Assembly (NCBI GenBank): GCA_964016885.1
Contig: OZ024742.1
Location: forward strand, 167,524,001-167,588,000
From: Eledone cirrhosa
Taxonomy: Eukaryota
Reading direction: 5' to 3'
Length of the DNA: 64,000 nt
The notes under the pieces were generated by a model. The model ran no database searches and had not been told where the DNA came from. It worked only from the letters and a program-made list of their open reading frames with translations. Positions 37,201 through 51,640 of the stretch are shown in pieces (the stretch's first letter is position 1; each line of letters opens with the position of its first letter). Position numbers and translations under genes: made by a program.

Positions 37201-40200
37201 CCGTCCAAGGGGAGATAATTTCCCGCCAGCCAAGGGAAGATAATTTTTAAAAAAATCAGGCGGAGATAATTTGTAAAAAAAATCAAGGGGAGATAATTTG
37301 TAAAAAAAAATCAGGGGGAGATAATTTGTAAAAAAAATCAAGGGGAGATAATTTCCAGCCGTCCAAGGGAAGATAATTTCCAGCACTCCAAGGGGCTATA
37401 ATTTCCAGTGTCCAAGGGGAGATAATTTCCAGCCAGCGAAGGGGAGATAATTTTTTTAAAAAAATCAGGGGGAGATATGTAAAAAAAATCAGAGGGAGAT
37501 AATTTCCAGCCGTCCAAAGAGAGATAATTTCTAGCCGTCCAAGGGGAGAAAATTTCCAGCCAAGGGGAGATAATTTCCAGCCGTCCAAGGGGAGATAATT
37601 TTTTAAAAAATCAGGGGGAGATAATTTGTAAAAACAAAATCAAGGGCAGATAATTTCCAGCTGTCCAAGGGGAGATAGTTTCCAGCCGTGCAAGGGGAGA
37701 TAATTTCCAGCCGTCCAAGGGGAGATAATTTCCATACTTCCAAGGGGAGATAATTTCCAGCCGTCCAAGGGGAGATAATTTCCCGCCAGCCAAGGGAAGA
37801 TAATTTGTAAAAAAATCAGGGGGAGATAATTTGTAAAAAAAAAATCAGGGGGAGATAATTTGTAAAAAAAAATCAGGGGGAGATAATTTGTAAAAAAAAA
37901 ATCAGGGGTAGATAATTTGTAAAAAAAATCAGGGCTAGATAATTTGTAAAAAAAAATCAGGGGGAGATAATTTGTAAAAAAAAATCAGGGGGAGATAATA
38001 TGCAGCCGTCCAAGGGGAGATAATTTTCAGCCGTCCAAGGAGAGGTAATTTCTAGCCGTCCAAGGGGAGATAATTTCCAGCCGTCCAAGGGGAGATAATT
38101 TCCAGCCGTCCAAGGGGAGATAGTTTTTTTAAAAAATCAGCCGGAGATAATTTGTAAAAAAAAAATCAGGGGGAGATAATTTGTTAAAAAAAATCAGGGG
38201 GAGATAATTTGTAAAAAAAAATCAGGGGGAGATAATTTGTAAAAAAAATCAAGGGGAGATAATTTCCAGCCGTCCAAGGGAAGATAATTTCCAGCCCTCG
38301 AAGGGGCTATAATTTCCAGCGTCCAAGGGGAGATAATTTCCAGCCAGCGAAGGGGAGATAATTTTTTAAAAAAAATCATTGGGAGATTTGTAAAAAAAAT
38401 CAGGGGGAGATAATTAGTAAAAAAAATCAAGGGGAGATAATTTCCAGCCGTCCAAGGGGAGGTAATATCTAGCCGTCCAAGGGGAGATAATTTCCAGCCG
38501 TCCAAGGGGAGATAATTTCCAGCCGTCCAAGGGTAGATAATATCCAGCCGTCCAAGTAGACATTTTCCAGCCGTCCAAGGAGAGGTAATTTCTAGCCGTC
38601 CAAGGGGAGATAAATTCCAGCCTCCAAAGGGAGATAATTTCCAGCCAGCCAAGGGGAGATAATTTGTAAAAAAATCAGGGGGAGATAATTTGTAAAAAAA
38701 ATCAGGGGGAGATAATTTGTAAACAAAAATCAGGGGGAGATAATTTGTAAAAAAAATCAGGGGGAGATAATTTGTAAAAAAAATCAGGGGGAGATAATTT
38801 GTAAAAAAAAATCAAGGGGAGATAATTTCCAGCCGTCCAAGGGGAGATAATTTTCAGCCGTCCAAGGGGAGATAATTTCCAGCCGTCCAAGGGGAGATAA
38901 TTTCCATCCTTCCAAGGGGAGATAATTTCCAGCCGTCCAAGGGGAGATAATTTTCAGCCGTCCAAGGGGAGATAATTTCCCGCCAGCCAAGGGAAGATAA
39001 TATTTTAAAAAATCAGGCGGAGATAATTTGTAAAAAAAATCAGGGGGAGATAATTTGTAAAAAAATTAGGGGGAGATAATTTGTAAAAAAAAAATCAGGG
39101 GGAGATAATTTGTAAAAAAAATCAGGGGGAGATAATTTGTAAAAAAAAATCAGGGGTAGATAATTTGTAAAAAAAAATCAGGGGGAGATAATTTGTAAAA
39201 AAAAAATCAGGGGGAGATAATTTGTAAAAAAAATCAAGGGGAGATAATTTCCAGCCGTCCAAGGAGAGATAATTTTTTAAAAAAATCAGGCGGAGATAAT
39301 TTGTAAAAAAAAATCAAGGGGAGATAATTTGTAAAAAAAAATCAAGGGGAGATAATTTGTAAAAAAAATCAAGGGGAGATAATTTCCAGCCGTCCAAGGG
39401 AAGATAATTTCCAGCACTCCAAGGGGCTATAATTTCCAGTGTCCAAGGGGAGATAATTTCCAGCCAGCGAAGGGGAGATAATTTTTTTAAAAAAATCAGG
39501 GGGAGATATGTAAAAAAAATCAGAGGGAGATAATTTCTAAAAAAAATCAAAGGGAGATAATTTCCAGCCGTCCAAAGAGAGATAATTTCTAGCCGTCCAA
39601 GGGGAGATAATTTCCAGCCAAGGGGAGATAATTTCCAGCCGTCCAAGGGGAGATAATTATTTAAAAAATCAGGTGGAGATAATTTGTAAAAAAAATCAGG
39701 GGGAGATAATTTGTAAAAACAAAATCAAGGGCAGATAATTTCCAGCTGTCCAAGGGGAGATAATTTCCAGCCGTGCAAGGGGAGATAATTTCCAGCCGTC
39801 CAAGGGGAGATAATTTCCATCCTTCCAAGGGGAGATAATGTCCAGCCGTCCAAGGGGAGATAATTTCCCGCCAGCCAAGGGAAGATAATTTTTAAAAAAA
39901 TCAGGCGGAGATTGTAAAAAAAATCAGGGGGAGATAATTTGTAAAAAAAAAATCAGGGGGAGATAATTTGTAAAAAAAATCAGGGGTAGATAATTTGTAA
40001 AAAAAAATCAGGGGGAGATAATTTGTAAAAAAAAATCAGGGGGAGATAATTTCTAAAAAAATCAAGGGGAGATAATATGCAGCCGTCCAAGGGGAGATAA
40101 TTTTCAGCCGTCCAAGGAGAGGTAATTTCTAGCCGTCCAAGGGGAGATAATTTCCAGCCGTCCAAGGGGAGATAATTTCCAGCCGTCCAAGGGGAGATAG

Positions 40201-43050
40201 TTTTTTTAAAAAAATCATGCGGAGATAATTTGTAAAAAAAAAAATCAGGGGGAGATAATTTGTAAAAAAAATCAGGGGGAGATAATTTGTGAAAAAAAAA
40301 TCAGGGGGAGATAATTTGTAAAAAAAATCAGGGGGAGATAATTAGTAAAAAAAATCAAGGGGAGATAATTCCCAGCCGTCCAAGGGGAGGTAATATCTAG
40401 CCGTCCAAGGGGAGATAATTTCCAGCCGTCCAAGGGGAGATAATTTCCAGCCGTCCAAGGGTAGATAATATCCAGCCGTCCAAGTAGACATATTTTCCAG
40501 CCGTCCAAGGAGAGGTAATTTCTAGCCGTCCAAGGGGAGATAAATTCCAGCCTCCAAGGGGAGATAATTTCCAGCCAGCCAAGGGGAGATAATTTGTAAA
40601 AAAATCAGGGGAGATAATTTGTAAAAAAAATCAGGGGGAGATAATTTGTAAAAAAAAATCAGGGGGAGATAATTTGTAAAAAAAAATCAGGGGGAGATAA
40701 TTTGTAAAAAAAATCAGGGGGAGATAATTTGTAAAAAAAAATCAGGGGGAGATAATTTGTAAAAAAAAATCAGGTGGAGATAATTTGTAAAAAAAAATCA
40801 GGGGGAGATAATTTGTAAAAAAAATCAAGGGGAGATAATTTCCAGCCGTCCAAGGGGAGGTAATATCTAGCCGTCCAAGGGGAGATAATTTCCAGCCGTC
40901 CAAGAGGAGATAATTTCCAGCCGTCCAAGGGTAGATAATATCCAGCCGTCCAAGGAGACATATTTTCCAGCCGTCCAAGGAGAGGTAATTTCTAGCCGTC
41001 CAAGGGGAGATAAATTCCAGCCTCCAAGGGGAGATAATTTGTAAAAAATCAGGGGGAGATAATTTGTAAAAAAAATCAGGGGGAGATAATTTGTAAAAAA
41101 AAATCAGGGGGAGATAATTTGTAAAAAAAATCAGGGGGAGATAATTTGTAAAAAAAAATCAAGGGGAGATAATTTCCAGCCGTCCAAGGGGAGATAATTT
41201 TCAGCCGCCCAAGGGGAGATAATTTCCCGCCAGCCAAGGGAAGATAATATTTAAAAAATCAGGCGGAGATAATTTGTAAAAAAAATCAGGGGGAGATAAT
41301 TTGTAAAAAAATCAGGGGGGGATAATTTGTAAAAAAAAAATCAGGGGGAGATAATTTGTAAAAAAAATCAGGGGGAGATGATTTGTAAAAAAAATCAGGG
41401 GTAGATAATTTGTAAAAAAAATCAGGGGGAGATAATTTGTAAAAAAAAATCAGGGGGAGATAATTTGTAAAAAAAATCAAGAGGAGATAATTTCCAGCCG
41501 TCGAAGGGAAGATAGTTTCCAGCCCTCCAAGGGGCTATAATTTCCAGCGTCCAAGGGGAGATAATTTCCAGCCAGCGAAGGGGAGATAATTTTTTTAAAA
41601 AAATCATTGGGAGATTTGTAAAAAAAATCAGGGGGAGATAATTGGTAAAAAAAATCAAGGGGAGATAATTTCCAGCCGTCCAAGGGGAGGTAATATCTAG
41701 CCGTCCAAGGGGAGATAATTTCCAGCCGTCCAAGGGGAGATAATTTCCAGCCGTCCAAGGGTAGATAATATCCAGCCGTCCAAGTAGACATTTTCCAGCC
41801 GTCCAAGGAGAGGTAATTTCTAGCCGTCCAAGGGGAGATAAATTCCAGCCTCCAAGGGGAGATAATTTCCAGCCAGCCAAGGGGAGATAATTTGTAAAAA
41901 AATCAGGGGGAGATAATTTGTAAAAAAAATCAGGGGGAGATATTTTGTAAAAAAAAATCAGGGGGAGATAATTTGTAAAAAAAAATCAGGGGGAGATAAT
42001 TTGTAAAAAAAAATCAGGGAGAGATAATTTGTAAAAAAAATCAAGGGGAGATAATTTCCAGCCGTCCAAGGGGAGATAATTTTCAGCCGTCCAAGGGGAG
42101 ATAATTTCCCGCCAGCCAAGGGAAGATAATATTTAAAAAAATCAGGCGGAGATAATTTGTAAAAAAAATCAGGGGGAGATAATTTGTAAAAAAATCAGGG
42201 GGAGATAATTTGTAAAAAAAAAATCAGGGGGAGATAATTTGTAAAAAAAATCAGGGGGAGATAATTTGTAAAAAAAAATCAGGGGTAGATAATTTGTAAA
42301 AAAAAATCAGGGGGAGATAATTTGTAAAAAAAAATCAGGGGGAGATAATTTGTAAAAAAAATCAAGGGGAGATAATTTCCAGCCGTCCAAGGAGAGATAA
42401 TTTAAAAAAAAAATCAGGCGGAGATAATTTGTAAAAAAAAATCAAGGGGAGATAATTTGTAAAAAAAAATCAGGGGGAGATAATTTGTAAAAAAAATCAA
42501 GGGGAGATAATTTCCAGCCGTCCAAGGGAAGATAATTTCCAGCACTCCAAGGGGCTATAATTTCCAGTGTCCAAGGGGAGATAATTTCCAGCCAGCGAAG
42601 GGGAGATAATTTTTTTAAAAAAATCAGGGGGAGATATGTAAAAAAAATCAGAGGGAGATAATTTCTAAAAAAAATCAAAGGGAGATAATTTCCAGCCGTC
42701 CAAAGAGAGATAATTTCTAGCCGTCCAAGGGGAGATAATTTCCAGCCAAGGGGAGATAATATCCAGCCGTCCAAGGGGAGATAATTTTTTAAAAAATCAG
42801 GTGGAGATAATTTGTAAAAAAAATCAGGGGGAGATAATTTGTAAAAACAAAATCAAGGGCAGATAATTTCCAGCTGTCCAAGGGGAGATAATTTCCAGCC
42901 GTGCAAGGGGAGATAATTTCCAGCCGTCCAAGGGGAGATAATTTCCATCCTTCCAAGGGGAGATAATCTCCAGCCGTCCAAGAGGAGATAATTTCCCGCC
43001 AGCCAAGGGAAGATAATTTTTAAAAAAATCAGGCGGAGATTGTAAAAAAA
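31270..43050 (+). repeat. Tandem duplication of ~5.7-6.0 kb with monomer-sized indels
   Basis: ORF pairs 31306/37283 (5977), 32215/38194 (5979), 33745/39696 and 34446/40397 (5951). Shared GATAATGTCC, TTTGTGAAAA, CAAGAGGAG, ATTGGTAAAA and ATAATCTCC variants. Confidence 0.88.
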
Positions 43051-43699
43051 ATCAGGGGGAGATAATTTGTAAAAAAATCAGGGGGAGATAATTTGTTAAA
43101 AAAAAATCAGGGGAGATAATTTGTAAAAAAAAATCAGGGGGAGATAATTTGTAAAAAAAAATCAGGGGGAGATAATTTGTAAAAAAAATCAGGGGTAGAT
43201 AATTTGTAAAAAAAAATCAGGGGGAGATAATTTGTAAAAAAAAATCAGGGGGAGATAATTTGTAAAAAAATCAAGGGTAGATAATATGCAGCCGTCCAAG
43301 GGGAGATAATTTTCAGCCGTCCAAGGAGAGGTAATTTCTAGCCGTCCAAGGGGAGATAATTTCCAGCCGTCCAAGGGGAGATAATTTCCAGCCGTCCAAG
43401 GGGAGATAGTTTTTTTTAAAAAATCAGGGGGAGATTTGTAAAAAAAATCAGGGGGAGATAATTTGTAAAAAAAATCAAAGGGAGATAATTTCCAGCCGTC
43501 CAAAGAGAGATAATTTCTAGCCGTCCAAGGGGAGATAATTTCGAGCCAAGGGGAGATAATTTCCAGCCGTCCAAGGGGAGATAATTTTTTAAAAAATCAG
43601 GTGGAGATAATTTGTAAAAAAAATCAGGGGGAGATAATTTGTAAAAACAAAATCAAGGGCAGATAATTTCCAGCTGTCCAAGGGGAGATAATTTCCAGC

Positions 43700-46600
43700 C
43701 GTGCAAGGGGAGATAATTTCCAGCCGTCCAAGGGGAGATAATTTCCCGCCAGCGAAGAGAAGATAATTTTTTAAAAAATCAGGCGGAGATTGTAAAAAAA
43801 ATCAGGGGGAGATAATTTGTAAAAAAATCAGGGGGAGATAATTTGTAAAAAAATCAAGGGGAGATAATTTCCAGCTGTCCAAGGGGAGGTAATATCTAGC
43901 CGTCCAAGGGGAGATAATTTCCAGCCGTCCAAGGGGAGATAATTTCCAGCCGTCCAAGTGTAGATAATATCCAGCCGTCCAAGGAGACATATTTTCCAGT
44001 CCTCCAAGGAGAGGTAATTTCTAGCCGTCCAAGTGGAGATAAATTCCAGCCTCCAAGGGGAGATAATTTCCAGCCAGCCAAGGGGAAATAATTTGTAAAA
44101 AAATCAGGGGGAGATAATTTGTAAAAAAAATCAGGGGGAGATAATTTGTACAAAAAATCAGGGGTAGATAATTTGTAAAAAAAAATCAGGGGGAGATAAT
44201 TTGTAAAAAGAATCAAGGGGAGATAATTTGCAGCCGTCCAAGGGGAGATAATTTCCCGCCAGCCAAGGGAAGATAATATTTAAAAAAATCAGGCGGAGAT
44301 AATTTGTAAAAAAAATCAGGGGGAGATAATTTGTAAAAAAATCAGGGGGAGATAATTTGTAAAAAAAAAATCAGGGGGAGATTTGTAAAAAAAATCAGGG
44401 GGAGATAATTTGTAAAAAAAATCAGGGGTAGATAATTTGTAAAAAAAAATCAGGGGTAGATAATTTGTAAAAAAAAATCAGGGGGAGATAATTTGTAAAA
44501 AAAAATCAATTGGAGATAATTTCCAGCCGTCCAAGGGGAGATAATTTTCAGCCGTCCAAGGAGAGGTAATTTCTAGACGTCCAAGGGGAGATAATTTCCA
44601 GCCGTCCAATGGGAGATAATTTCCAGCCGTCCAAGGGGAGATAATTTTTAAAAAAAAATCAGGCGGAGATAATTTGTAAAAAAAATCTAGGGGAGATAAT
44701 TTGCAGCCGTCCAAGGGGAGATAATTTCCAGCCGTCCAAGGGGAGATAATTTCCATCCTTCCAAGGGGAGATAATTTCCAGCCGTCCAAGGGGAGATAAT
44801 TTCCCGCCAGCCAAGGGAAGATAATTTTTAAAAAAATCAGGCGGAGATTGTAAAAAAAATCAGTGGGAGATAATTTGTAAAAAAATCAGGGGGAGATAAT
44901 TTGTAAAAAAAAAATCAGGGGGAGACAATTTGTAAAAAAAATCAGGGGGAAATAATTTGTAAAAAAAATCAAGGGGAGATAATTTGTACAAAAAATCAGG
45001 GGTATATAATTTGTAAAAAAAATCAGGGGGAGATAATTTGTAAAAAAAAATCAGGGGGAGATAATTTGTAAAAAAAATCAAGGGGAGATAATTTGCAGCC
45101 GTCCAAGGGGAGATAATTTTCAGCCGTCCAAGGAGAGGTAATTTCTAGCCGTCCAAGGTGAGATAATATCCAGCCGTCCAAGGGGAGATAATTTTTAAAA
45201 AAAAACAGGCGAAGATAATTTGTAAAAAAAAAATCAGGGGGAGATAATTTGTAAAAAAAAATCAGGGGGAGATAATTTGTAAAAAAAAATCAGGGGGAGG
45301 TAATTTGTAAAAAAAATCAAGGGGAGATAATTTCCAGCCGTCCAAGGGAAGATAATTTCCAGCCCTCCAAGGGGCTATAATTTCCAGCGTCCAAGGGGAG
45401 ATAATTTCCAGCCAGCGAAGGGGAGATAATTTTTTTTTTTTTAAATCAGGGGAACATAATTTGTAAAAAAAATCAGGGGGAGATAATTTGTAAAAAAAAT
45501 CAAGGGGAGATAATTTGTAAAAAAAAAATCAGGGGGAGATAATTTGTAAAAAAAATCAGGGGGAGATAATTTGTAAAAAAAATCAAGGGGAGATAATTTG
45601 TAAAAAAAAATCAAGGGGAGATAATTTCCAGCCGTCCAAGGGGAGATAATTTTCAGCCGTCCAAGGGGAGATAATTTCCCGCCAGCCAAGGAAAGATAAT
45701 ATTTAAAAAAATCAGGCGGAGATAATTTGTAAAAAAAATCAGGGGGAGATAATTTGTAAAAAAATCAGGGGGAGATAATTTGTAAAAAAAAAATCAGGGG
45801 TAGATAATTTGTAAAAAAAAATCAGGGGGAGATAATTTGTAGCCGTCCAAGGGGAGATAATTTTCAGCCGTCCAAGGAGAGGTAATTTCTAGACGTCCAA
45901 GGGGAGATAATTTCCAGCCGTCCAAGGGGAGATAATTTCCAGCCGTCCAAGGGTAGATAATATCCAGCCGTCCAAGGAGACATATTTTCCAGCTTTCCAA
46001 GGAGAGGTAATTTCTATCCGTCCAAGGGGAGATAAATTCCAGCCTCCAAGGGGAGATAATTTCCAGCCAGCCAAGGGAAGGAAATATTTAAAAAAATCAG
46101 GCGGAGATAATTTGTAAAAAAAATCAGGGGGAGATAATTTGTAAAAAAATCAGGGGGAGATAATTTGTAAAAAAAAAATCAGGGGGAGATAATTTGTAAA
46201 AAAAAATCAGGGGTAGATGATTTGTAAAAAAAAATCAGGGGGAGATAATTTGTAAAAAAAAATCAGGGGGAGATAATTTGTAAAAAAAATCAAAGGGAGA
46301 TAATTTCCAGCCGTCCAAGGAGAGATAATTTTAAAAAAAAATCAGGCGGAGATAATTTGTAAAAAAAATCAAGGGGAGATAATTTGTAAAAAAAAATCAG
46401 GGGGAGATAATTTGTAAAAAAAATCAAGGGGAGATAATTTCCAGCCGTCCAAGGGAAGATAATTTCCAGCACTCCAAGGGGCTATAATTTCCAGTGTCCA
46501 AGGGGAGATAATTTCCAGCCAGCGAAGGGGAGATAATTTTTTTAAAAAAATCAGGGGGAGATATGTAAAAAAAATCAGAGGGAGATAATTTCCAGCCGTC

Positions 46601-48190
46601 CAAAGAGAGATAATTTCTAGCCGTCCAAGGGGAGAAAATTTCCAGCCAAGGGGAGATAATTTCCAGCCGTCCAAGGGGAGATAATTTTTTAAAAAATCAG
46701 GGGGAGATAATTTGTAAAAACAAAATCAAGGGCAGATAATTTCCAGCTGTCCAAGGGGAGATAGTTTCCAGCCGTGCAAGTGGAGATAATTTCCAGCCGT
46801 CCAAGGGGAGATAATTTCCATACTTCCAAGGGGAGATAATTTCCAGCCGTCCAAGGGGAGATAATTTCCCGCCAGCCAAGGGAAGATAATTTGTAAAAAA
46901 ATCAGGGGGAGATAATTTGTAAAAAAAAAATCAGGGGGAGATAATTTGTAAAAAAAAAATCAGGGGTAGATAATTTGTAAAAAAAATCAGGGCTAGATAA
47001 TTTGTAAAAAAAAATCAGGGGGAGATAATTTGTAAAAAAAAATCAGGGGGAGATAATTTGTAAAAAAATCAAGGGGAGATAATATGCAGCCGTCCAAGGG
47101 GAGATAATTTTCAGCCGTCCAAGGAGAGGTAATTTCTAGCCGTCCAAGGGGAGATAATTTCCAGCCGTCCAAGGGGAGATAATTTCCAGCCGTCCAAGGG
47201 GAGATAATTTCCCGCCAGCGAAGAGAAGATAATTTTTTAAAAAATCAGGCGGAGATTGTAAAAAAAATCAGGGGGAGATAATTTGTAAAAAAATCAGGGG
47301 GAGATAATTTGTAAAAAAATCAAGGGGAGATAATTTCCAGCTGTCCAAGGGGAGGTAATATCTAGCCGTCCAAGGGGAGATAATTTCCAGCCGTCCAAGG
47401 GGAGATAATTTCCAGCCGTCCAAGTGTAGATAATATCCAGCCGTCCAAGGAGACATATTTTCCAGTCCTCCAAGGAGAGGTAATTTCTAGCCGTCCAAGT
47501 GGAGATAAATTCCAGCCTCCAAGGGGAGATAATTTCCAGCCAGCCAAGGGGAGATAATTTGTAAAAAAATCAGGGGGAGATAATTTGTAAAAAAAATCAG
47601 GGGGAGATAATTTGTACAAAAAATCAGGGGTAGATAATTTGTAAAAAAAAATCAGGGGGAGATAATTTGTAAAAAGAATCAAGGGGAGATAATTTGCAGC
47701 CGTCCAAGGGGAGATAATTTCCCGCCAGCCAAGGGAAGATAATATTTAAAAAAATCAGGCGGAGATAATTTGTAAAAAAAATCAGGGGGAGATAATTTGT
47801 AAAAAAATCAGGGGGAGATAATTTGTAAAAAAAAAATCAGGGGGAGATTTGTAAAAAAAATCAGGGGGAGATAATTTGTAAAAAAAATCAGGGGTAGATA
47901 ATTTGTAAAAAAAAATCAGGGGTAGATAATTTGTAAAAAAAAATCAGGGGGAGATAATTTGTAAAAAAAATCAATTGGAGATAATTTCCAGCCGTCCAAG
48001 GGGAGATAATTTTCAGCCGTCCAAGGAGAGGTAATTTCTAGACGTCCAAGGGGAGATAATTTCCAGCCGTCCAATGGGAGATAATTTCCAGCCGTCCAAG
48101 GGGAGATAATTTTTAAAAAAAAATCAGGCGGAGATAATTTGTAAAAAAAATCTAGGGGAGATAATTTGCAGCCGTCCAAGGGGAGATAAT
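43700..48190 (+). repeat. Duplication, offset 3466 (~43.7-44.7 kb vs ~47.2-48.2 kb)
   Basis: ORF pairs 43802/47268 and 43896/47362. Private variants GCGAAGAGAAG, CAAGTGTAG, CCAGTCCTCC, AAAAAGAATC, CCAATGGG, ATCTAGGGG. Confidence 0.88.
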
Positions 48191-51100
48191 TTTCAGTCGT
48201 CCAAGGAGAGGTAATTTCTAGCCGTCCAAGGGGAGATAATTTCCAGCCGTCCAAGGGGAGATAATTTCCAGCCGTCCAAGGGGAGATAATTTTTTTAAAA
48301 AAATCAGGCGGAGATAATTTGTAAAAAAAATCAGGGGGAGATAATTTGTAAAAAAAAATCAGGGGGAGATAATTTGTAAAAAAAAATCAGGGGGAGATAA
48401 TTTGTAAAAAAAATCAAGGAGAGATAATTTCCAGCCGTCCAAGGGAAGATAATTTCAAGCCCTCCAAGGGGCTATAATTTCCAGTGTCCAAGGGGAGATA
48501 ATTTCCAGCCAGCGAAGGGGAGATAATTTTTTTTTTAAAATCAGGGGGAGATTTGTAAAAAAAATCAGGGGGAGATAATTTGTAAAAAAAATCAAGGGGA
48601 GATAATTTCCAGCCGTCGAAGGGAAGATAATTTCCAGCCCTCCAAGGGGCTATAATTTCCAGCGTCCAAGGGGAGATAATTTCCAGCCAGCGAAGGGGAG
48701 ATAATTTTTTTTTTTTAAAATCAGGGGAACATAATTTGTAAAAAAAATCAGGGGGAGATAATTTGTAAAAAAAATCAAGGGGAGATAATTTGTAAAAAAA
48801 AATCAGGGGGAGATAATTTGTAAAAAAAAATCAGGGGGAGATAATTTGTAAAAAAATCAAGGGGAGATAATTTGTAAAAAAAAATCAAGGGGAGATAATT
48901 TCCAGCCGTCCAAGGGGAGATAGTTTCCAGCCGTGCAAGGGGAGATAATTTCCAGCCGTCCAAGGGGAGATAATTTCCATACTTCCAAGGGGAGATAATT
49001 TCCAGCCGTCCAAGGGGAGATAATTTCCCGCCAGCCAAGGAAAGATAATTTGTAAAAAAATCAGGGGGAGATAATTTGTAAAAAAAAAATCAGGGGGAGA
49101 TAATTTGTAAAAAAAAATCAGGGGGAGATAATTTGTAAAAAAAAAATCAGGGGTAGATAATTTGTAAAAAAAATCAGGGCTAGATAATTTGTAAAAAAAA
49201 ATCAGGGGGAGATAATTTGTAAAAAAAAATCAGGGGGAGATAATTTGTAAAAAAATCAAGGGGAGATAATATGCAGCCGTCCAAGGGGAGATAATTTTCA
49301 GCCGTCCAAGGAGAGATAATTTCCAGCCGTCCAAGGGGAGATAATTTTCAGCCGTCCAAGGGGAGATAATTTCCAGCCGTCCAAGGGGAGATAATTTCCA
49401 TCCTTCCAAGGGGAGATAATTTCCAGCCGTCCAAGGGGAGATAATTTCCCGCCAGCCAAGGGAAGATAATTTTTAAAAAAATCAGGCGGAGATTGTAAAA
49501 AAAATCAGTGGGAGATAATTTGTAAAAAAATCAGGGGGAGATAATTTGTAAAAAAAAAATCAGGGGGAGACAATTTGTAAAAAAAATCAGGGGGAAATAA
49601 TTTGTAAAAAAAAATCAAGGGGAGATAATTTGTACAAAAAATCAGGGGTATATAATTTGTAAAAAAAATCAGGGGGAGATAATTTGTAAAAAAAAATCAG
49701 GGGGAGATAATTTGTAAAAAAATCAAGGGGAGATAATTTGCAGCCGTCCAAGGGGAGATAATTTTCAGCCGTCCAAGGAGAGGTAATTTCTAGCCGTCAA
49801 AGGTGAGATAATATCCAGCCGTCCAAGGGGAGATAATTTTTAAAAAAAAACAGGCGAAGATAATTTGTAAAAAAAAAATCAGGGGGAGATAATTTGTAAA
49901 AAAAAATCAGGGGGAGATAATTTGTAAAAAAAAATCAGGGGGAGGTAATTTGTAAAAAAAATCAAGGGGAGATAATTTCCAGCCGTCCAAGGGAAGATAA
50001 TTTCCAGCCCTCCAAGGGGCTATAATTTCCAGCGTCCAAGGGGAGATAATTTCCAGCCAGCGAAGGGGAGATAATTTTTTTTTTTTTAAATCAGGGGAAC
50101 ATAATTTGTAAAAAAAATCAGGGGGAGATAATTTGTAAAAAAAATCAAGGGGAGATAATTTGTAAAAAAAAAATCAGGGGGAGATAATTTGTAAAAAAAA
50201 TCAGGGGGAGATAATTTGTAAAAAAAATCAAGGGGAGATAATTTGTAAAAAAAAATCAAGGGGAGATAATTTCCAGCCGTCCAAGGGGAGATAATTTTCA
50301 GCCGTCCAAGGGGAGATAATTTCCCGCCAGCCAAGGAAAGATAATATTTAAAAAAATCAGGCGGAGATAATTTGTAAAAAAAATCAGGGGGAGATAATTT
50401 GTAAAAAAATCAGGGGGAGATAATTTGTAAAAAAAAAATCAGGGGTAGATAATTTGTAAAAAAAAATCAGGGGGAGATAATTTGTAGCCGTCCAAGGGGA
50501 GATAATTTTCAGCCGTCCAAGGAGAGGTAATTTCTAGACGTCCAAGGGGAGATAATTTCCAGCCGTCCAAGGGGAGATAATTTCCAGCCGTCCAAGGGTA
50601 GATAATATCCAGCCGTCCAAGGAGACATATTTTCCAGCTTTCCAAGGAGAGGTAATTTCTATCCGTCCAAGGGGAGATAAATTCCAGCCTCCAAGGGGAG
50701 ATAATTTCCAGCCAGCCAAGGGAAGGAAATATTTAAAAAAATCAGGCGGAGATAATTTGTAAAAAAAATCAGGGGGAGATAATTTGTAAAAAAATCAGGG
50801 GGAGATAATTTGTAAAAAAAAAATCAGGGGGAGATAATTTGTAAAAAAAAATCAGGGGTAGATGATTTGTAAAAAAAAATCAGGGGGAGATAATTTGTAA
50901 AAAAAAATCAGGGGGAGATAATTTGTAAAAAAAATCAAGGGGAGATAATTTCCAGCCGTCCAAGGAGAGATAATTTTTAAAAAAAATCAGGCGGAGATAA
51001 TTTGTAAAAAAAATCAAGGGGAGATAATTTGTAAAAAAAAATCAGGGGGAGATAATTTGTAAAAAAAATCAAGGGGAGATAATTTCCAGCCGTCCAAGGG

Positions 51101-51640
51101 AAGATAATTTCCAGCACTCCAAGGGGCTATAATTTCCAGTGTCCAAGGGGAGATAATTTCCAGCCAGCGAAGGGGAGATAATTTTTTTAAAAAAATCAGG
51201 GGGAGATATGTAAAAAAAATCAGAGGGAGATAATTTCCAGCCGTCCAAAGAGAGATAATTTCTAGCCGTCCAAGGGGAGAAAATTTCCAGCCAAGGGGAG
51301 ATAATTTCCAGCCGTCCAAGGGGAGATAATTTTTTAAAAAATCAGGGGGAGATAATTTGTAAAAACAAAATCAAGGGCAGATAATTTCCAGCTGTCCAAG
51401 GGGAGATAGTTTCCAGCCGTGCAAGGGGAGATAATTTCCAGCCGTCCAAGGGGAGATAATTTCCATACTTCCAAGGGGAGATAATTTCCAGCCGTCCAAG
51501 GGGAGATAATTTCCCGCCAGCCAAGGGAAGATAATTTGTAAAAAAATCAGGGGGAGATAATTTGTAAAAAAAAAATCAGGGGGAGATAATTTGTAAAAAA
51601 AAAATCAGGGGTAGATAATTTGTAAAAAAAATCAGGGGGA
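44720..51640 (+). repeat. Duplication, offset 4645 (~44.7-47.0 kb vs ~49.4-51.6 kb)
   Basis: ORF pairs 45441/50086, 45794/50439, 46697/51342. Confidence 0.87.
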
